A model generated the notes under the pieces. That model made no database searches. It was not told the origin of the DNA and worked only from the letters and a program-made list of their open reading frames with translations. Position numbers and translations under genes: made by a program. Below are positions 28,794-38,474 of a stretch of DNA of 64,000 bases, piece after piece. The stretch covers positions 1,056,364 through 1,120,363 of the forward strand of contig NZ_AP019368.1 in NCBI RefSeq assembly GCF_004295685.1, given 5' to 3'. Source of the stretch: Fluviispira sanaruensis. Lineage in GTDB: Bacteria > Bdellovibrionota_B > Oligoflexia > Silvanigrellales > Silvanigrellaceae. The stretch's first letter is position 1; each line of letters starts with the position of its first letter.

Positions 28794-29349
28794 GATATTC
28801 TCCGACATGGGGGCAAAGATCTCGATCATTAATATAAATACCTATTTTCATATTTTCCCAATTTTCCCAAGAAATATTCCTTCCAGGATATGCAACTCTT
28901 TTGAATGACCATTCATTTTTAATGAAATGAAGTATGTTTTTATAAACTTCATCATCGATAGAAATATTATTTTTTGCAACCGTCCAAAATAAAATTTGCG
29001 CATCATAATATAATTTTCTAAGGTCTAGGTCAGTTTTAACTTTTATTGGTTTTATATAGATACAGCCTAAATATTCCCGCGAATTTTTAGATAGAATGCA
29101 AAATGTAAAAGATTTTTTTTCGTCAAATTCTTTTTCATGTCTTTTTATGCTTATTAGATTATCTGCATACGTTAAAGAAGCCGAAGCCCAATTATCATTA
29201 CCGCCAAAAACATTTTGGATCTCATTGAGACTACCCATGACAGTTTTGTAATCAATATCAGCATACTTTTCGTTTAATTTTGAGAAAATATAATTATCTA
29301 TAAAATATTCTTCATTTACAATTTGTTGTTCTGAAATAAAATTTGCCAT
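28780..29349 (-). CDS. Hypothetical protein, possibly a GNAT-like acetyltransferase fold
   Basis: The ATG at 29349 (MANFISEQQ) has an AGGAA RBS, whereas the listed ORF extends upstream. The weak GNAT-like core is FTFCILSKNSREYLGCIYI. Confidence 0.3.
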   Translation of the reverse strand: MANFISEQQIVNEEYFIDNYIFSKLNEKYADIDYKTVMGSLNEIQNVFGGNDNWASASLTYADNLISIKRHEKEFDEKKSFTFCILSKNSREYLGCIYIKPIKVKTDLDLRKLYYDAQILFWTVAKNNISIDDEVYKNILHFIKNEWSFKRVAYPGRNISWENWENMKIGIYINDRDLCPHVGEYHGKE

Positions 29350-29627
29350 TCTGCGTTCCTTTTTTTCTTTAGTTAAATATGAATTAAAATAAATCCGTTT
29401 ACTTAATTGTCTTAAACAAGTAAAAAAAAAATTATTAGATTCAATTTGTATGAAAATCACAAAAAATATACTGAAAATATTTTATTATGGATAAAAAATA
29501 AGTATTTATTATTAAATTTTTTATCAAAAAATAACTTACTAAAATTAAATTTGTAATAAAATTTTGTCAAGGATGAGATGCATGATTTTTAATTCTTATC
29601 TCAAATCCTCGCAATTTAGGAATGAGT

Positions 29628-29670
29628 GAAAACTCCGCAGTGACCCAAAAAAACGATTTTAAAATATAAG
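29628..29670. repeat. Dispersed repeat C2, the partner of C1
   Basis: See repeat C1. Confidence 0.8.
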
Positions 29671-29911
29671 TTGCCGATTTATCCAAATTCTATCGAATAA
29701 AGTTTGAACAAAGCAACCGAAATTATCCCAAAAATTATTTTTTTGGGAATATATTATTTAGAAAGATCAATTCATGCAGGCGATTAAATAAATTTTTAAT
29801 TCCAAATTTGACAAATTATTTTAAAAAATCTATTAAATATAAATCGGTATAAATTATACTCAGTTTATTAAATCTTCATCTTAACTTCAATAAATTTTTC
29901 TGGATATACAA

Positions 29912-31699
29912 ATGCATCCTTTTAAACGACTTTTTCAGTACTCTAAGAACTATCAAAAAGACATTGGTTTAGGAGTGTTATACTCGTCTATCAATAAAGT
30001 CTTTGATATTATGCCGGAAATATTGATCGGTATTGCGATAGACACCGTTGTGAATAAAGAGCGTTCTCTTCTGGCTAAACTCGGCTATAACGTAGCAAAA
30101 GAGCAATTACTTATTTTAGGTGTGATAACAGCTCTTATCTTTGTCTTTGAATCCTTATTTGAATACCTATACTCAGTTAAATGGAGAAATTTAGCGCAAA
30201 ATCTCCAGCACGACCTGCGGCTCGATGTCTATTCACATATTCAGAATTTAGACATTGCGTACTTTGAAAATAAAAATACAGGAAATTTACTTTCTATTTT
30301 AAATGATGACATCAACCAAATAGAACGCTTTTTGAATAATGGCATAAACTCTATTATTCAGGTCTTTTTGTCGTCCATACTCATAGGAATTGTCTTTTTT
30401 ATTTTAAATCCATCCATTGCAGTCTTGTCGCTCCTCCCTATTCCTTTTATTTTATTTGGTGCGTTTTATTTTCAAAATAAAATTGGCCCTAAATATTATG
30501 AGGTCAGAGAAAATGCCGGTATTTTAAACTCCAATCTTAACAATAATATTTTGGGGATTGCGACTATTAAAAGTTTCACCACAGAAAATTATGAGTTTAA
30601 AAAGATTGAACAATTGAGTTCTCAATACAAAAAAGCTAATTATAACGCGATAAAATTTAGCTCAGCCATCACTCCAGTTATTCGCATGGCAGTTATGTTT
30701 GGTTTTATGATTATTCTTGTCTATGGAGGATATTTAACTTTAGATAATCAGTTAAATGTAGCATTTTATAGTATATTAATTTTTCTCTCGCAAAGACTTT
30801 TGTGGCCTTTGACCGATCTCTCTGAGATCACGGATAACTATCAGCGGTCGCTCGCTTCAATCAATCGCGTGATGGATTTATTAAAAATTCCAACCAAAAG
30901 AATTGATATTGGCCAGGAGTTGGCGCTCCGAAATATAAAAGGGCATATAGAATGCAAAGAGCTCAAGTTTTCCTATACAAATCACACTATTTTAAATAAT
31001 ATTTCCATTAAAATCAATTCAGGAGAGACTGTTGCTTTTGTTGGCACAACGGGTTCTGGAAAAAGTACCTTATTAAAATTATTAATGCGTTTTTATGAAA
31101 AGAATTCTGGGCAAATTCTTTTAGATGGCAAAGATATTTCTGAGCTAAATTTATCTGATCTCAGACGTTCAATTGGCTATGTGAGTCAAGATATTTTTTT
31201 AGTAAATGGATCAATTGCGGATAATATTGCTTATGGTTCTTTTCAAGCATCACGTGAAGAAATAATTCATGCTGCTAAATTAGCTGAGGCGCATACCTTT
31301 ATCTCTGCCTTTGAAGAAGGTTATGACAAAATGGTCGGAGAACGTGGACAAAAACTTTCGGGTGGACAAAAGCAACGGATTGCAATTGCGCGCGCTATAT
31401 TAAAAAATCCACCTATACTTATTTTGGATGAAGCCACCTCAGCAGTCGATAACGAAACAGAATTGGCTATTCAGAAGTCCTTAGAAAAATTGGTTATTGG
31501 CCGTACTACAATTATTGTTGCGCATAGATTATCAACCGTTCGGCATGCAGACAAAATTTTCGTTTTCAACAATGGAGAAATTATTGAAAATGGCAAACAT
31601 GAAGCACTTGTTGAGAAAAATGGAATGTATGCGAGTTTATGGAATATTCAGATGGGTGAGATAAATTTGAATTTAAAATTACAAAACTCTATTGTTTGA
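29912..31699 (+). CDS. ABC transporter ATP-binding/permease protein (MsbA/ABCB-type exporter)
   Basis: A 6-TM domain is followed by GTTGSGKST Walker A, LSGGQKQRIAIARA, ILILDEATSAVD and the H-loop AHRLSTV. Confidence 0.9.
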   Translation: MHPFKRLFQYSKNYQKDIGLGVLYSSINKVFDIMPEILIGIAIDTVVNKERSLLAKLGYNVAKEQLLILGVITALIFVFESLFEYLYSVKWRNLAQNLQHDLRLDVYSHIQNLDIAYFENKNTGNLLSILNDDINQIERFLNNGINSIIQVFLSSILIGIVFFILNPSIAVLSLLPIPFILFGAFYFQNKIGPKYYEVRENAGILNSNLNNNILGIATIKSFTTENYEFKKIEQLSSQYKKANYNAIKFSSAITPVIRMAVMFGFMIILVYGGYLTLDNQLNVAFYSILIFLSQRLLWPLTDLSEITDNYQRSLASINRVMDLLKIPTKRIDIGQELALRNIKGHIECKELKFSYTNHTILNNISIKINSGETVAFVGTTGSGKSTLLKLLMRFYEKNSGQILLDGKDISELNLSDLRRSIGYVSQDIFLVNGSIADNIAYGSFQASREEIIHAAKLAEAHTFISAFEEGYDKMVGERGQKLSGGQKQRIAIARAILKNPPILILDEATSAVDNETELAIQKSLEKLVIGRTTIIVAHRLSTVRHADKIFVFNNGEIIENGKHEALVEKNGMYASLWNIQMGEINLNLKLQNSIV

Positions 31700-31831
31700 G
31701 TTCATTATTGAAAATAATAAAATATTTTGCTAATCATATAAATGTTCTTATTTACAATTATACTTAAGATTATTTGATTATTATCAAGTAAATTAAAAAT
31801 CACTTTAGCATTCATCACACAAGGATATAAG

Positions 31832-32413
31832 ATGAAAAGAGTAATATTTATCTTAATGCTTTTATTTCTTACAGTTTGTAATCAAAATGAACCCGAAGAA
31901 AGAAGTATAGAAGTTCGCTTTGAGAAACCAAATACGACTGTATATAAAGAAGGTCTTTTTTTTTATAATCCTGTGACAGTTAAAATCCTAAAATTATCCG
32001 TTGCCAATCATTCTTTGGAACAAGTTATTAGTGTTTACTCTTCAGATCTGCAACCTGTCTCGAGCAAAATCCGTATCCAATACAACATCCCAGAAAAATC
32101 GGTGGGGGATATTTTAGTTAAATTTAATGGCAACGTTGTCGACAATTTTGTTTTACCCAAAATTGTTTAAGCATTAAAAGAATTGAACTCAACAAGAACT
32201 GCTGAAAATATTGTGAAACAACGGGATGACATAAAAAGGAGAGTGCTCGAATTATCGCGATTAAAAATAAATGATCTCGTTAATCTTACCGATATCGTAA
32301 TTGAAAACACAGAACTATCCGATTCACTCGATAAAGCCATTGAATCCCCCATAGCTATTCTCATTTTATGCAAGTGTCAGTTCATTTTTTGTGTAAAACC
32401 AATCAAAAATTAA
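31832..32413 (+). pseudogene. SPFH/band-7 (prohibitin/HflC-like) gene interrupted by an in-frame TAA at 32168-32170 and truncated at the C-terminus
   Basis: ORFs 31832..32170 and 32183..32413 are in the same frame. The first has a signal/TM start and an SPFH N-half. The second, ALKELNSTRTAENIVKQRDDIKRRVLELSRLKINDLVNLTDIVIENTELSDSLDKAIES, matches the SPFH core (alR..ig..l.e...R..i...v...l......Gi.v..v.i.d). The protein then ends abnormally. Confidence 0.5.
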
Positions 32414-32546
32414 ACTATTATTATTGGTTTAATTTTTAATTTTTATATTTTATGAATTGGTAAGCTATGAAATTTTACAAATTTATTAAATTTTTATAAT
32501 TTATTAACTCTGATCGGTTTTATCAGATATTTTAGAAGGGTAAATT

Positions 32547-33005
32547 ATGATAAAGTTAATAAAAATGGCTATAGTTATAACTCCAATATTGTTTGTAACA
32601 AATTCTTTTTCACAAGAAATGAGTATGACTGAAAGAAATCAAATAGAACAGGATTGCAATGCAAGTAATCAAAGAAATATGGAAATTCTGAGAGCTTATG
32701 GTAATAGAACGGTGAGTGCAGAAACCCTTCTGCAAAAATGTATAAATAGTCGGATAGAAATATCAATTTTTAATAGTTACAATACTATAGAAAATACACA
32801 AGAACTTTACAGCTACACAGTGTCTGCGCTCGAAAATAAATTAGCTGAGCTGCAAAATATAAACACTCCGGAGTCAATCCTAGAATATAAATGTTTGGAA
32901 AAACAAAAGTTTGCAATTGAGTTTGCAACTCTTGCCAATGAAAGTTTTTTAAAACGAGCTCTCATTACAGCAAACAATTTATTAAGATTTAATTGTGATA
33001 AATAG
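32547..33005 (+). CDS. Secreted hypothetical protein
   Basis: It has a signal peptide (MAIVITPILFVTNSFSQE). The 152-aa product has no recognisable domain. Confidence 0.4.
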   Translation: MIKLIKMAIVITPILFVTNSFSQEMSMTERNQIEQDCNASNQRNMEILRAYGNRTVSAETLLQKCINSRIEISIFNSYNTIENTQELYSYTVSALENKLAELQNINTPESILEYKCLEKQKFAIEFATLANESFLKRALITANNLLRFNCDK

Positions 33006-33545
33006 TTCTAAAAAAAACTTTTTCCAGCGACGAACGTAAAACCCTGACTTCTAAAGTCGGGGCTATAAGTGAACTGAAAAGACCGCAGCACCAAACGGTG
33101 CAAGGTTTAATTGAAAGCCTGACGCAGTATGCAAAAAGACGATAGGAATTTTTGCATGCCGCAAAGATGATGCAAAAATAAAAACAAGCTTATTTTTGCC
33201 AAGAATTATGAATCGCAATAAAAAGCTATCAGGAATATCATTAGACTCAGGGATTGGTATGTTTAAATCAATATTGAAGTACAAAGTCCTTAGAGCAGCT
33301 TCAACATACAAAGAAATTTCAGTAAGAGATTAATAGTCGGACGTGTTCGAAGTGTAGTGAAAAACTGCCACGAATCGAACTTGGAATGAGACACTAGAAC
33401 TGTGAAAATTATCTTTTTTGTATCAAGGGAATCCTCTGCCTCAAAAAATTGACGTTAGGAGGTTTTAGGGAGGTAAGGATGTCAGAGCGTTCTGAATCAT
33501 TAAAATCCAATCAGAATTACGAAGAAATTTGGTTGGAGTATTTTA

Positions 33546-34202
33546 TTAAATATCTGTATTTTTTTCGGGAATAGGTTCTTCTTTTTCTACCCAGCGAGAG
33601 GACTGTCTTAATTTTTTGTTCATAATATTATAAACATCTTGCATATATTCGCGATTGTCCGCACGGCGTTCAATCATGGAAAGATGCATTTTTAATGTAT
33701 CCATTGAATTATAAGCAGTTTCAATGACAACATCTGCTTGTTCATAGGATTCTTTTCTTTCTTCCCATAAGCTATTTACTTTTTCTTGCACTTGTTCAAG
33801 AGTTTTACAATGCATAAAAAGCGGACGATTTTCTTTCACTGCGAAAATACGTTGACAGATGATATCGAGTGGAGTTTTTAAAGTAACAATAAGTCCCAAC
33901 CGACGTGCATAATTTAAATTCTCAGATTTTTGTAGAGTGCCGCCACCCATGGCTATTACGAAATTATGTCTACGCTCGAGTTTGTGCAGGATTTTTTCTT
34001 CAAGTCGCCTAAAGCCTTCTTCGCCTTCCAGTTCAAATAATTGGGGAATAGATTTCCTTGTTGTAGACTCAATAAAAGCATCGAAATCTAAAAATAAGCG
34101 ATCGCTCATATCCGCATAAATTCTTCCAAAGGAAGTTTTACCTGCACCTGGCATGCCTGTGAGAACGATATTTTTAAACTTCTTTGCCCAATACTTTGTC
34201 AT
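33546..34202 (-). CDS. aroK: Shikimate kinase-domain protein with a long C-terminal extension
   Basis: The P-loop NIVLTGMPGAGKTSFGR, the segments DFDAFIESTT and FELEGEEGFRRLEEKIL, and IAMGGG are typical AroK. I prefer the ATG at 34202 (MTKYWAKKF) with an AAAGGA RBS. The listed ORF would overlap the divergent CA gene. Confidence 0.6.
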   Translation of the reverse strand: MTKYWAKKFKNIVLTGMPGAGKTSFGRIYADMSDRLFLDFDAFIESTTRKSIPQLFELEGEEGFRRLEEKILHKLERRHNFVIAMGGGTLQKSENLNYARRLGLIVTLKTPLDIICQRIFAVKENRPLFMHCKTLEQVQEKVNSLWEERKESYEQADVVIETAYNSMDTLKMHLSMIERRADNREYMQDVYNIMNKKLRQSSRWVEKEEPIPEKNTDI

Positions 34203-34320
34203 TTTTGTCCTTTCGAAGCAATTGTCTAGCATGTGAGCGTGTTTGCATCCTAGATTGATCATTTGTAAACTATAATTAATGTTAACTGAAGACAAATCTT
34301 TTAGCGAGGAGGAAATCTCT

Positions 34321-35103
34321 ATGAAGGAAGGCAATGGGAAAGCTTCCTTTATATTTGTTTTTACAGTTCTCATTTTATTTTTGCGCTTAAATGCATCCGC
34401 TGTCCCAGGAAAATATATTGAGAAACATTGGAGTTATGAAGGAAGCACGGGACCGGCAAAATGGGGTATGCTTATGCAAGAGTTTCAAGCCTGTATTGCA
34501 GGAAAAAAGCAATCTCCGATCGATATTAAAGAGCAAAATTTAAAGCAAGACAATGATATTCCTTCATTAAGTTTTGCATATTTTAGCACACCGCTTAATA
34601 TTTTTAACAATGGTCACACGATTCAAGTCAATTATGAAAGAGGAAGTAAGCTTACTATTGCTCATGATATGTATGAATTGATCCAGTTTAATTTTCACAG
34701 GCCGAGTGAACATGCCATCGAAGGAAAAAGAACAGATATGGAAGTGCACTTTGTCCACAGAAAAGAAGATGGCTCACAGGTTATAATAGCTATTTTAATA
34801 AAAAAAGGCTTAAGAAATAAACCATTAGAAAAATTGTTCCATAACTTGCCCGGAAAAAATGTCTCTGAAAAAAAAGTTGAAGCGAGGATCAATGCTTTGG
34901 ATATTTTTCCGCAAAAGGGTGGATTTTATACATACTCAGGCTCATTAACTCATCCGCCTTGCTTAGAAAATGTAACTTGGTATGTTTTAAAAAATCCTAT
35001 TGAGCTGTCAGCTGAGCAATTAAATCAATTTTCTAAATTATATCAAATGAATGCCAGACCTTTGCAGAAGTTAGAAGGGCGCATTATTGAGGTTAAAGAT
35101 TAG
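34321..35103 (+). CDS. Alpha-class carbonic anhydrase, periplasmic/secreted
   Basis: The motifs are WSYEGSTGPAKWG, QSPIDI and QFHFHRPSEHAIEG...MEVHFVH (the zinc His triad). SLTHPPCLENVTWYVL is also present. It has a signal peptide and a GAGGAGG RBS. Confidence 0.85.
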   Translation: MKEGNGKASFIFVFTVLILFLRLNASAVPGKYIEKHWSYEGSTGPAKWGMLMQEFQACIAGKKQSPIDIKEQNLKQDNDIPSLSFAYFSTPLNIFNNGHTIQVNYERGSKLTIAHDMYELIQFNFHRPSEHAIEGKRTDMEVHFVHRKEDGSQVIIAILIKKGLRNKPLEKLFHNLPGKNVSEKKVEARINALDIFPQKGGFYTYSGSLTHPPCLENVTWYVLKNPIELSAEQLNQFSKLYQMNARPLQKLEGRIIEVKD

Positions 35104-35105
35104 AA

Positions 35106-36014
35106 ATGATGAAAAAAAACTATTTCATAGGAGTCGATGGCGGGGGGACGAAGACACAGATTCGCTTGGAGTCTGAAGATGGAAAGGTGCTTGGGGAAGG
35201 GTTAGCAGGGCCAGCAAATATAAGATTGTCCGTTGATGTCGCAATCAATTCCATTGTAAGTGCATTTGAACAGGCATTACAAATTGCGAATCTCACTGAA
35301 ATGCGTTTTTCGGATGAAGTGCAATTTCATGTCGGCATGGGACTCGCTGGCTATGAAGTACATTCCGTGCGCGAAGAGTTTTTAGCAAAACAAAAAGGTC
35401 TTGGTTTTGCTCACTGCCACATTCAATCCGATGCTTTTGTGGCATGTCTTGGAGCACACTCAGGAAATTATGGCTCAATTATTATATGTGGGACGGGCGT
35501 TGTTGGTTTAAAATATGCAAAAAAAGGTAAATTTCAAGTGGGTGGCTGGGGATTTCCCCATGGCGATGAAGGAGGTGCTGCTTGGCTTGGACTTGAAGCT
35601 ATTCGCAAAACTCTGCATTTATGTGATGGACGTGGAATAGAATCCCCTCTTTTGTTGCATATCAAAAAAAAATTAGGCGATAAAGTTGAAAGTGTTACTG
35701 AATGGGCGTGCTATGCCAATGCAACCAAATACGCTGAACTGGCTAGAGATGTTTTTAAATTTGCTGAAGAAAAAGACAGCATAGCTTTATATCTATTAAA
35801 TAATGCTGCAACGCATATAGAAAAAATATTTTTTGCCCTTGATAAAGTTGAAAATGAGACGAAAATTAAACTTCCTTGTTCTTTAGTCGGTGGTGTGTCG
35901 CAATTTATTTTGCCATTATTAAAACCAAATATTAAAAAGAGATTGGTCCCTGCGCGAGGAGATGCGTGCGATGGTGCTTTACTTATGATAAGAGAAAAAT
36001 ACAATCAAAGTTAA
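35106..36014 (+). CDS. N-acetylglucosamine kinase-like ATPase (BadF/BadG/BcrA/BcrD family)
   Basis: The N-terminal YFIGVDGGGTKT ASKHA-fold phosphate-1 motif is present, together with GTG at ICGTGVVG. It lies adjacent to nagA. Confidence 0.6.
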   Translation: MMKKNYFIGVDGGGTKTQIRLESEDGKVLGEGLAGPANIRLSVDVAINSIVSAFEQALQIANLTEMRFSDEVQFHVGMGLAGYEVHSVREEFLAKQKGLGFAHCHIQSDAFVACLGAHSGNYGSIIICGTGVVGLKYAKKGKFQVGGWGFPHGDEGGAAWLGLEAIRKTLHLCDGRGIESPLLLHIKKKLGDKVESVTEWACYANATKYAELARDVFKFAEEKDSIALYLLNNAATHIEKIFFALDKVENETKIKLPCSLVGGVSQFILPLLKPNIKKRLVPARGDACDGALLMIREKYNQS

Positions 36015-36045
36015 TTTTTGATTGTTGAATCATAAGAGGTCATTC

Positions 36046-37203
36046 ATGCTATGCCTTAAAAACGCAAGGATATTTGATGGTATTTCATTTATTAAGAAAA
36101 AGAATATAATAATTTCGGATGGAACAATCAAAGATCTCTCTAATCGAAAAATTAATAAAAATATAAAAAAAGAAATTGATTTAAAAGAAAATATAGTTGT
36201 ACCTGGATTTATTGATATTCAATTAAACGGAGGAGGTGGAGCATTTTTTAATGAAACACCTACACAAGAAGCTCTCCTAAAAATTTCACAAGCACATATT
36301 TTGCATGGAACCACGTCATTTCTTCCTACCCTTATTACCGATGATTTCTCTAAAATTCCACTGGCTGTACAAACAATAAATAAATGTATAAGTGAAGATA
36401 CGCTAGGAATTTTGGGTATCCATTTTGAAGGGCCATTTATTAGCAAGGAAAAAAATGGGATTCATGCAAAACAATTTATCAGGACACCCTCTCTTGAAGA
36501 ATTAAGTCTTATGACGTCCTTAAAAAATTGTAAAACTCTTATAACAATTGCACCTGAAATAATGGAAAAAGATCAGATCAAATCTTTATTAAAGAAAAAT
36601 ATTATTTTATTTGCAGGACATACCAATGCTAATTTTAAGCAAATGACTGAAGCTTTTACTATGGGTATCAAAGGTGTCACCCATTTATTTAATGCTTGCA
36701 GTCAATTTGGCAGTCGTGAACCAGGTGTTGTCGGAGCATTTTTGCTAAATGAGGATGCTTGGTGCGGTATAATTGCGGATGGTTTGCATGTGAGTTTCGA
36801 TTCCTTAAGGTTGGCATTTAAAATAAAGAATAGAAATAAATTTATTTTAGTTTCAGATACGATGGCACCCTTTGGGACAAATATGCAAAGTTTTTATATA
36901 AATGATAAAGAAATATTTGTTCGAGATGGAAAATATGTGAATTCGGATGGAACACTTGCGGGTGCAGCTCTTTCTGTATATGAAGCTTTTAAGAATTTAA
37001 TTAAAAATAAACTTGTTTCTTTAGAAGAAGCTTTGCCGATGACTTCTACTAACGCTGCAGAATGTTTGGAAATAGATGGAAGCCAGAAAAGTAAAACAAA
37101 GAAAGGCAGAATTATTCCAGGTTTTGCTGCCGATCTCGTTGTTCTTGATAAAAATAATTTAAAAATAAAAAGTGTTATTCAGTCGGGAAAAATTATATTT
37201 TAA
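36046..37203 (+). CDS. nagA: N-acetylglucosamine-6-phosphate deacetylase
   Basis: GFIDIQLNGGGG, HFEGPFIS and HLFNA are present, along with a metal-binding His/Asp pattern. The ATG at 36046 has an AAGAGG RBS. Confidence 0.85.
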   Translation: MLCLKNARIFDGISFIKKKNIIISDGTIKDLSNRKINKNIKKEIDLKENIVVPGFIDIQLNGGGGAFFNETPTQEALLKISQAHILHGTTSFLPTLITDDFSKIPLAVQTINKCISEDTLGILGIHFEGPFISKEKNGIHAKQFIRTPSLEELSLMTSLKNCKTLITIAPEIMEKDQIKSLLKKNIILFAGHTNANFKQMTEAFTMGIKGVTHLFNACSQFGSREPGVVGAFLLNEDAWCGIIADGLHVSFDSLRLAFKIKNRNKFILVSDTMAPFGTNMQSFYINDKEIFVRDGKYVNSDGTLAGAALSVYEAFKNLIKNKLVSLEEALPMTSTNAAECLEIDGSQKSKTKKGRIIPGFAADLVVLDKNNLKIKSVIQSGKIIF

Positions 37204-37221
37204 AAAATAGAGGAATAAACT

Positions 37222-38430
37222 ATGAAAATTAAAACAGAATGGACAGCAAAAGAATATCCCCACAACTGGGAATTTATCGGTGAATGTGAAGAAGGTGAAA
37301 AAATAAATATCTCGGTAAAAAATGGTGAAGCTACGAAGATTGGGCCCAATCCCAAAGAACTTCTTTTACATGGGATTGCATCGTGTACATCAGTTGATGT
37401 CGTGAGCACTTTACAGAAAATGCGCCAGCCACTTGAAGAACTCAGGGTAGAATGCGAAGCAGAGCAAACCACAACTCTCCCGAAAGTTTTTTCGAAGTGC
37501 AACTTAGTTTATTATGTAAATGGAGAAAATCTGAGTTATGAAAAAGTGGCTAACGCTGTTTTTTTAAGTTTTACGAAGTACTGCGGTGTGAGTGCCATGA
37601 TTGAAAAATCAGGTTGCTATATTACCCCTAAACTTTTTATCAACAACAAAGAGATCGATATTTTTGATCCTGAAGATAAAATTTCTGAGAAATTAAAATT
37701 ATGGTTAAATGAGATTGCGAGTCATTGCAAAAATGGAATTGCCCTTGTCACAGGTGCTTCGAGAGGAATCGGTCATGAGCTTGTTCAGAAACTTTGCGAT
37801 GAAGGTTTTGCAGTCATTCCCACTTCTCGCACAAAAGTCACATTCGAGCATAAAAATATTTTTGATTCATTGTATTTAGATCTTGCTAAAGTTCATTCCA
37901 TTCATTTTTTAGCAGATTTTTTAAAGAAAAATTCAATTTATTTTAATGTGGTTGTTCACAATGCAGGAGTATTTTCTTCAGATGAAAAGAGCAGTAACTT
38001 AACAGTCAGCTTTTCAGATATTCAAAGAATTTTTGAAACAAATGTCTTTGGCCTGATTGAAGCAAATAATACGTTTATGCAATTGATGAGCCCAACCTCA
38101 ACGATAGCTTTTATTGCAAGTTTAATGGGTCATGATTCTTATGATACATATACTCATACAGCTTATCGTATGTCAAAAAGATCTGTAATCCAATATGCTA
38201 AAAATCTTGCGCTTGAGCTTGAAAGTCAAAATAAAAAAATATCTGTTTTAAGTTTACATCCTGGGAGTGTTAAAACAGATATGAACCCGAATGGTAAAAT
38301 CTCAGTAAAAAATTCAGCAGAACAAATCACGCAGCTTATATCTAAAAATATGCTTGCAAAAAGAATGAAGCACAATGGTGGTTTTTGGAATTATAATTTG
38401 ACGAAAGATGCTTGGGAGTGTTTAAATTAA
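37222..38430 (+). CDS. Fusion protein: an N-terminal OsmC/Ohr-like domain plus a C-terminal short-chain dehydrogenase/reductase
   Basis: Residues 1-130 are OsmC-like (ELLLHGIASCTSVDVVSTL...CNLVYYV with two Cys). Residues 170-400 are SDR: IALVTGASRGIGHELVQKL, NAG, and YRMSKRS (YxxxK). Confidence 0.7.
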   Translation: MKIKTEWTAKEYPHNWEFIGECEEGEKINISVKNGEATKIGPNPKELLLHGIASCTSVDVVSTLQKMRQPLEELRVECEAEQTTTLPKVFSKCNLVYYVNGENLSYEKVANAVFLSFTKYCGVSAMIEKSGCYITPKLFINNKEIDIFDPEDKISEKLKLWLNEIASHCKNGIALVTGASRGIGHELVQKLCDEGFAVIPTSRTKVTFEHKNIFDSLYLDLAKVHSIHFLADFLKKNSIYFNVVVHNAGVFSSDEKSSNLTVSFSDIQRIFETNVFGLIEANNTFMQLMSPTSTIAFIASLMGHDSYDTYTHTAYRMSKRSVIQYAKNLALELESQNKKISVLSLHPGSVKTDMNPNGKISVKNSAEQITQLISKNMLAKRMKHNGGFWNYNLTKDAWECLN

Positions 38431-38474
38431 TTATAATTTAAAAAGGGAATCCAAAATATTTTTGAGGTGCGAGC

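Noticed and set aside
29895-29914. Sigma-54 -24/-12-like spacing (ctGGatatacaaatGCa) before the ABC exporter gene
   Set aside because: The GC of the -12 element is the start codon itself. The -24 half matches only TGG, so this is not a credible promoter.
33330-33380. Possible tRNA or tmRNA T-arm-like sequence (cgaatcgaac) in the 33.0-33.5 kb gap
   Set aside because: The flanking bases do not form a 5-bp T-stem or an acceptor stem. No GGTTCGAATCC-type motif is found on either strand, and no tag-peptide reading frame ends in the usual Ala-Ala.
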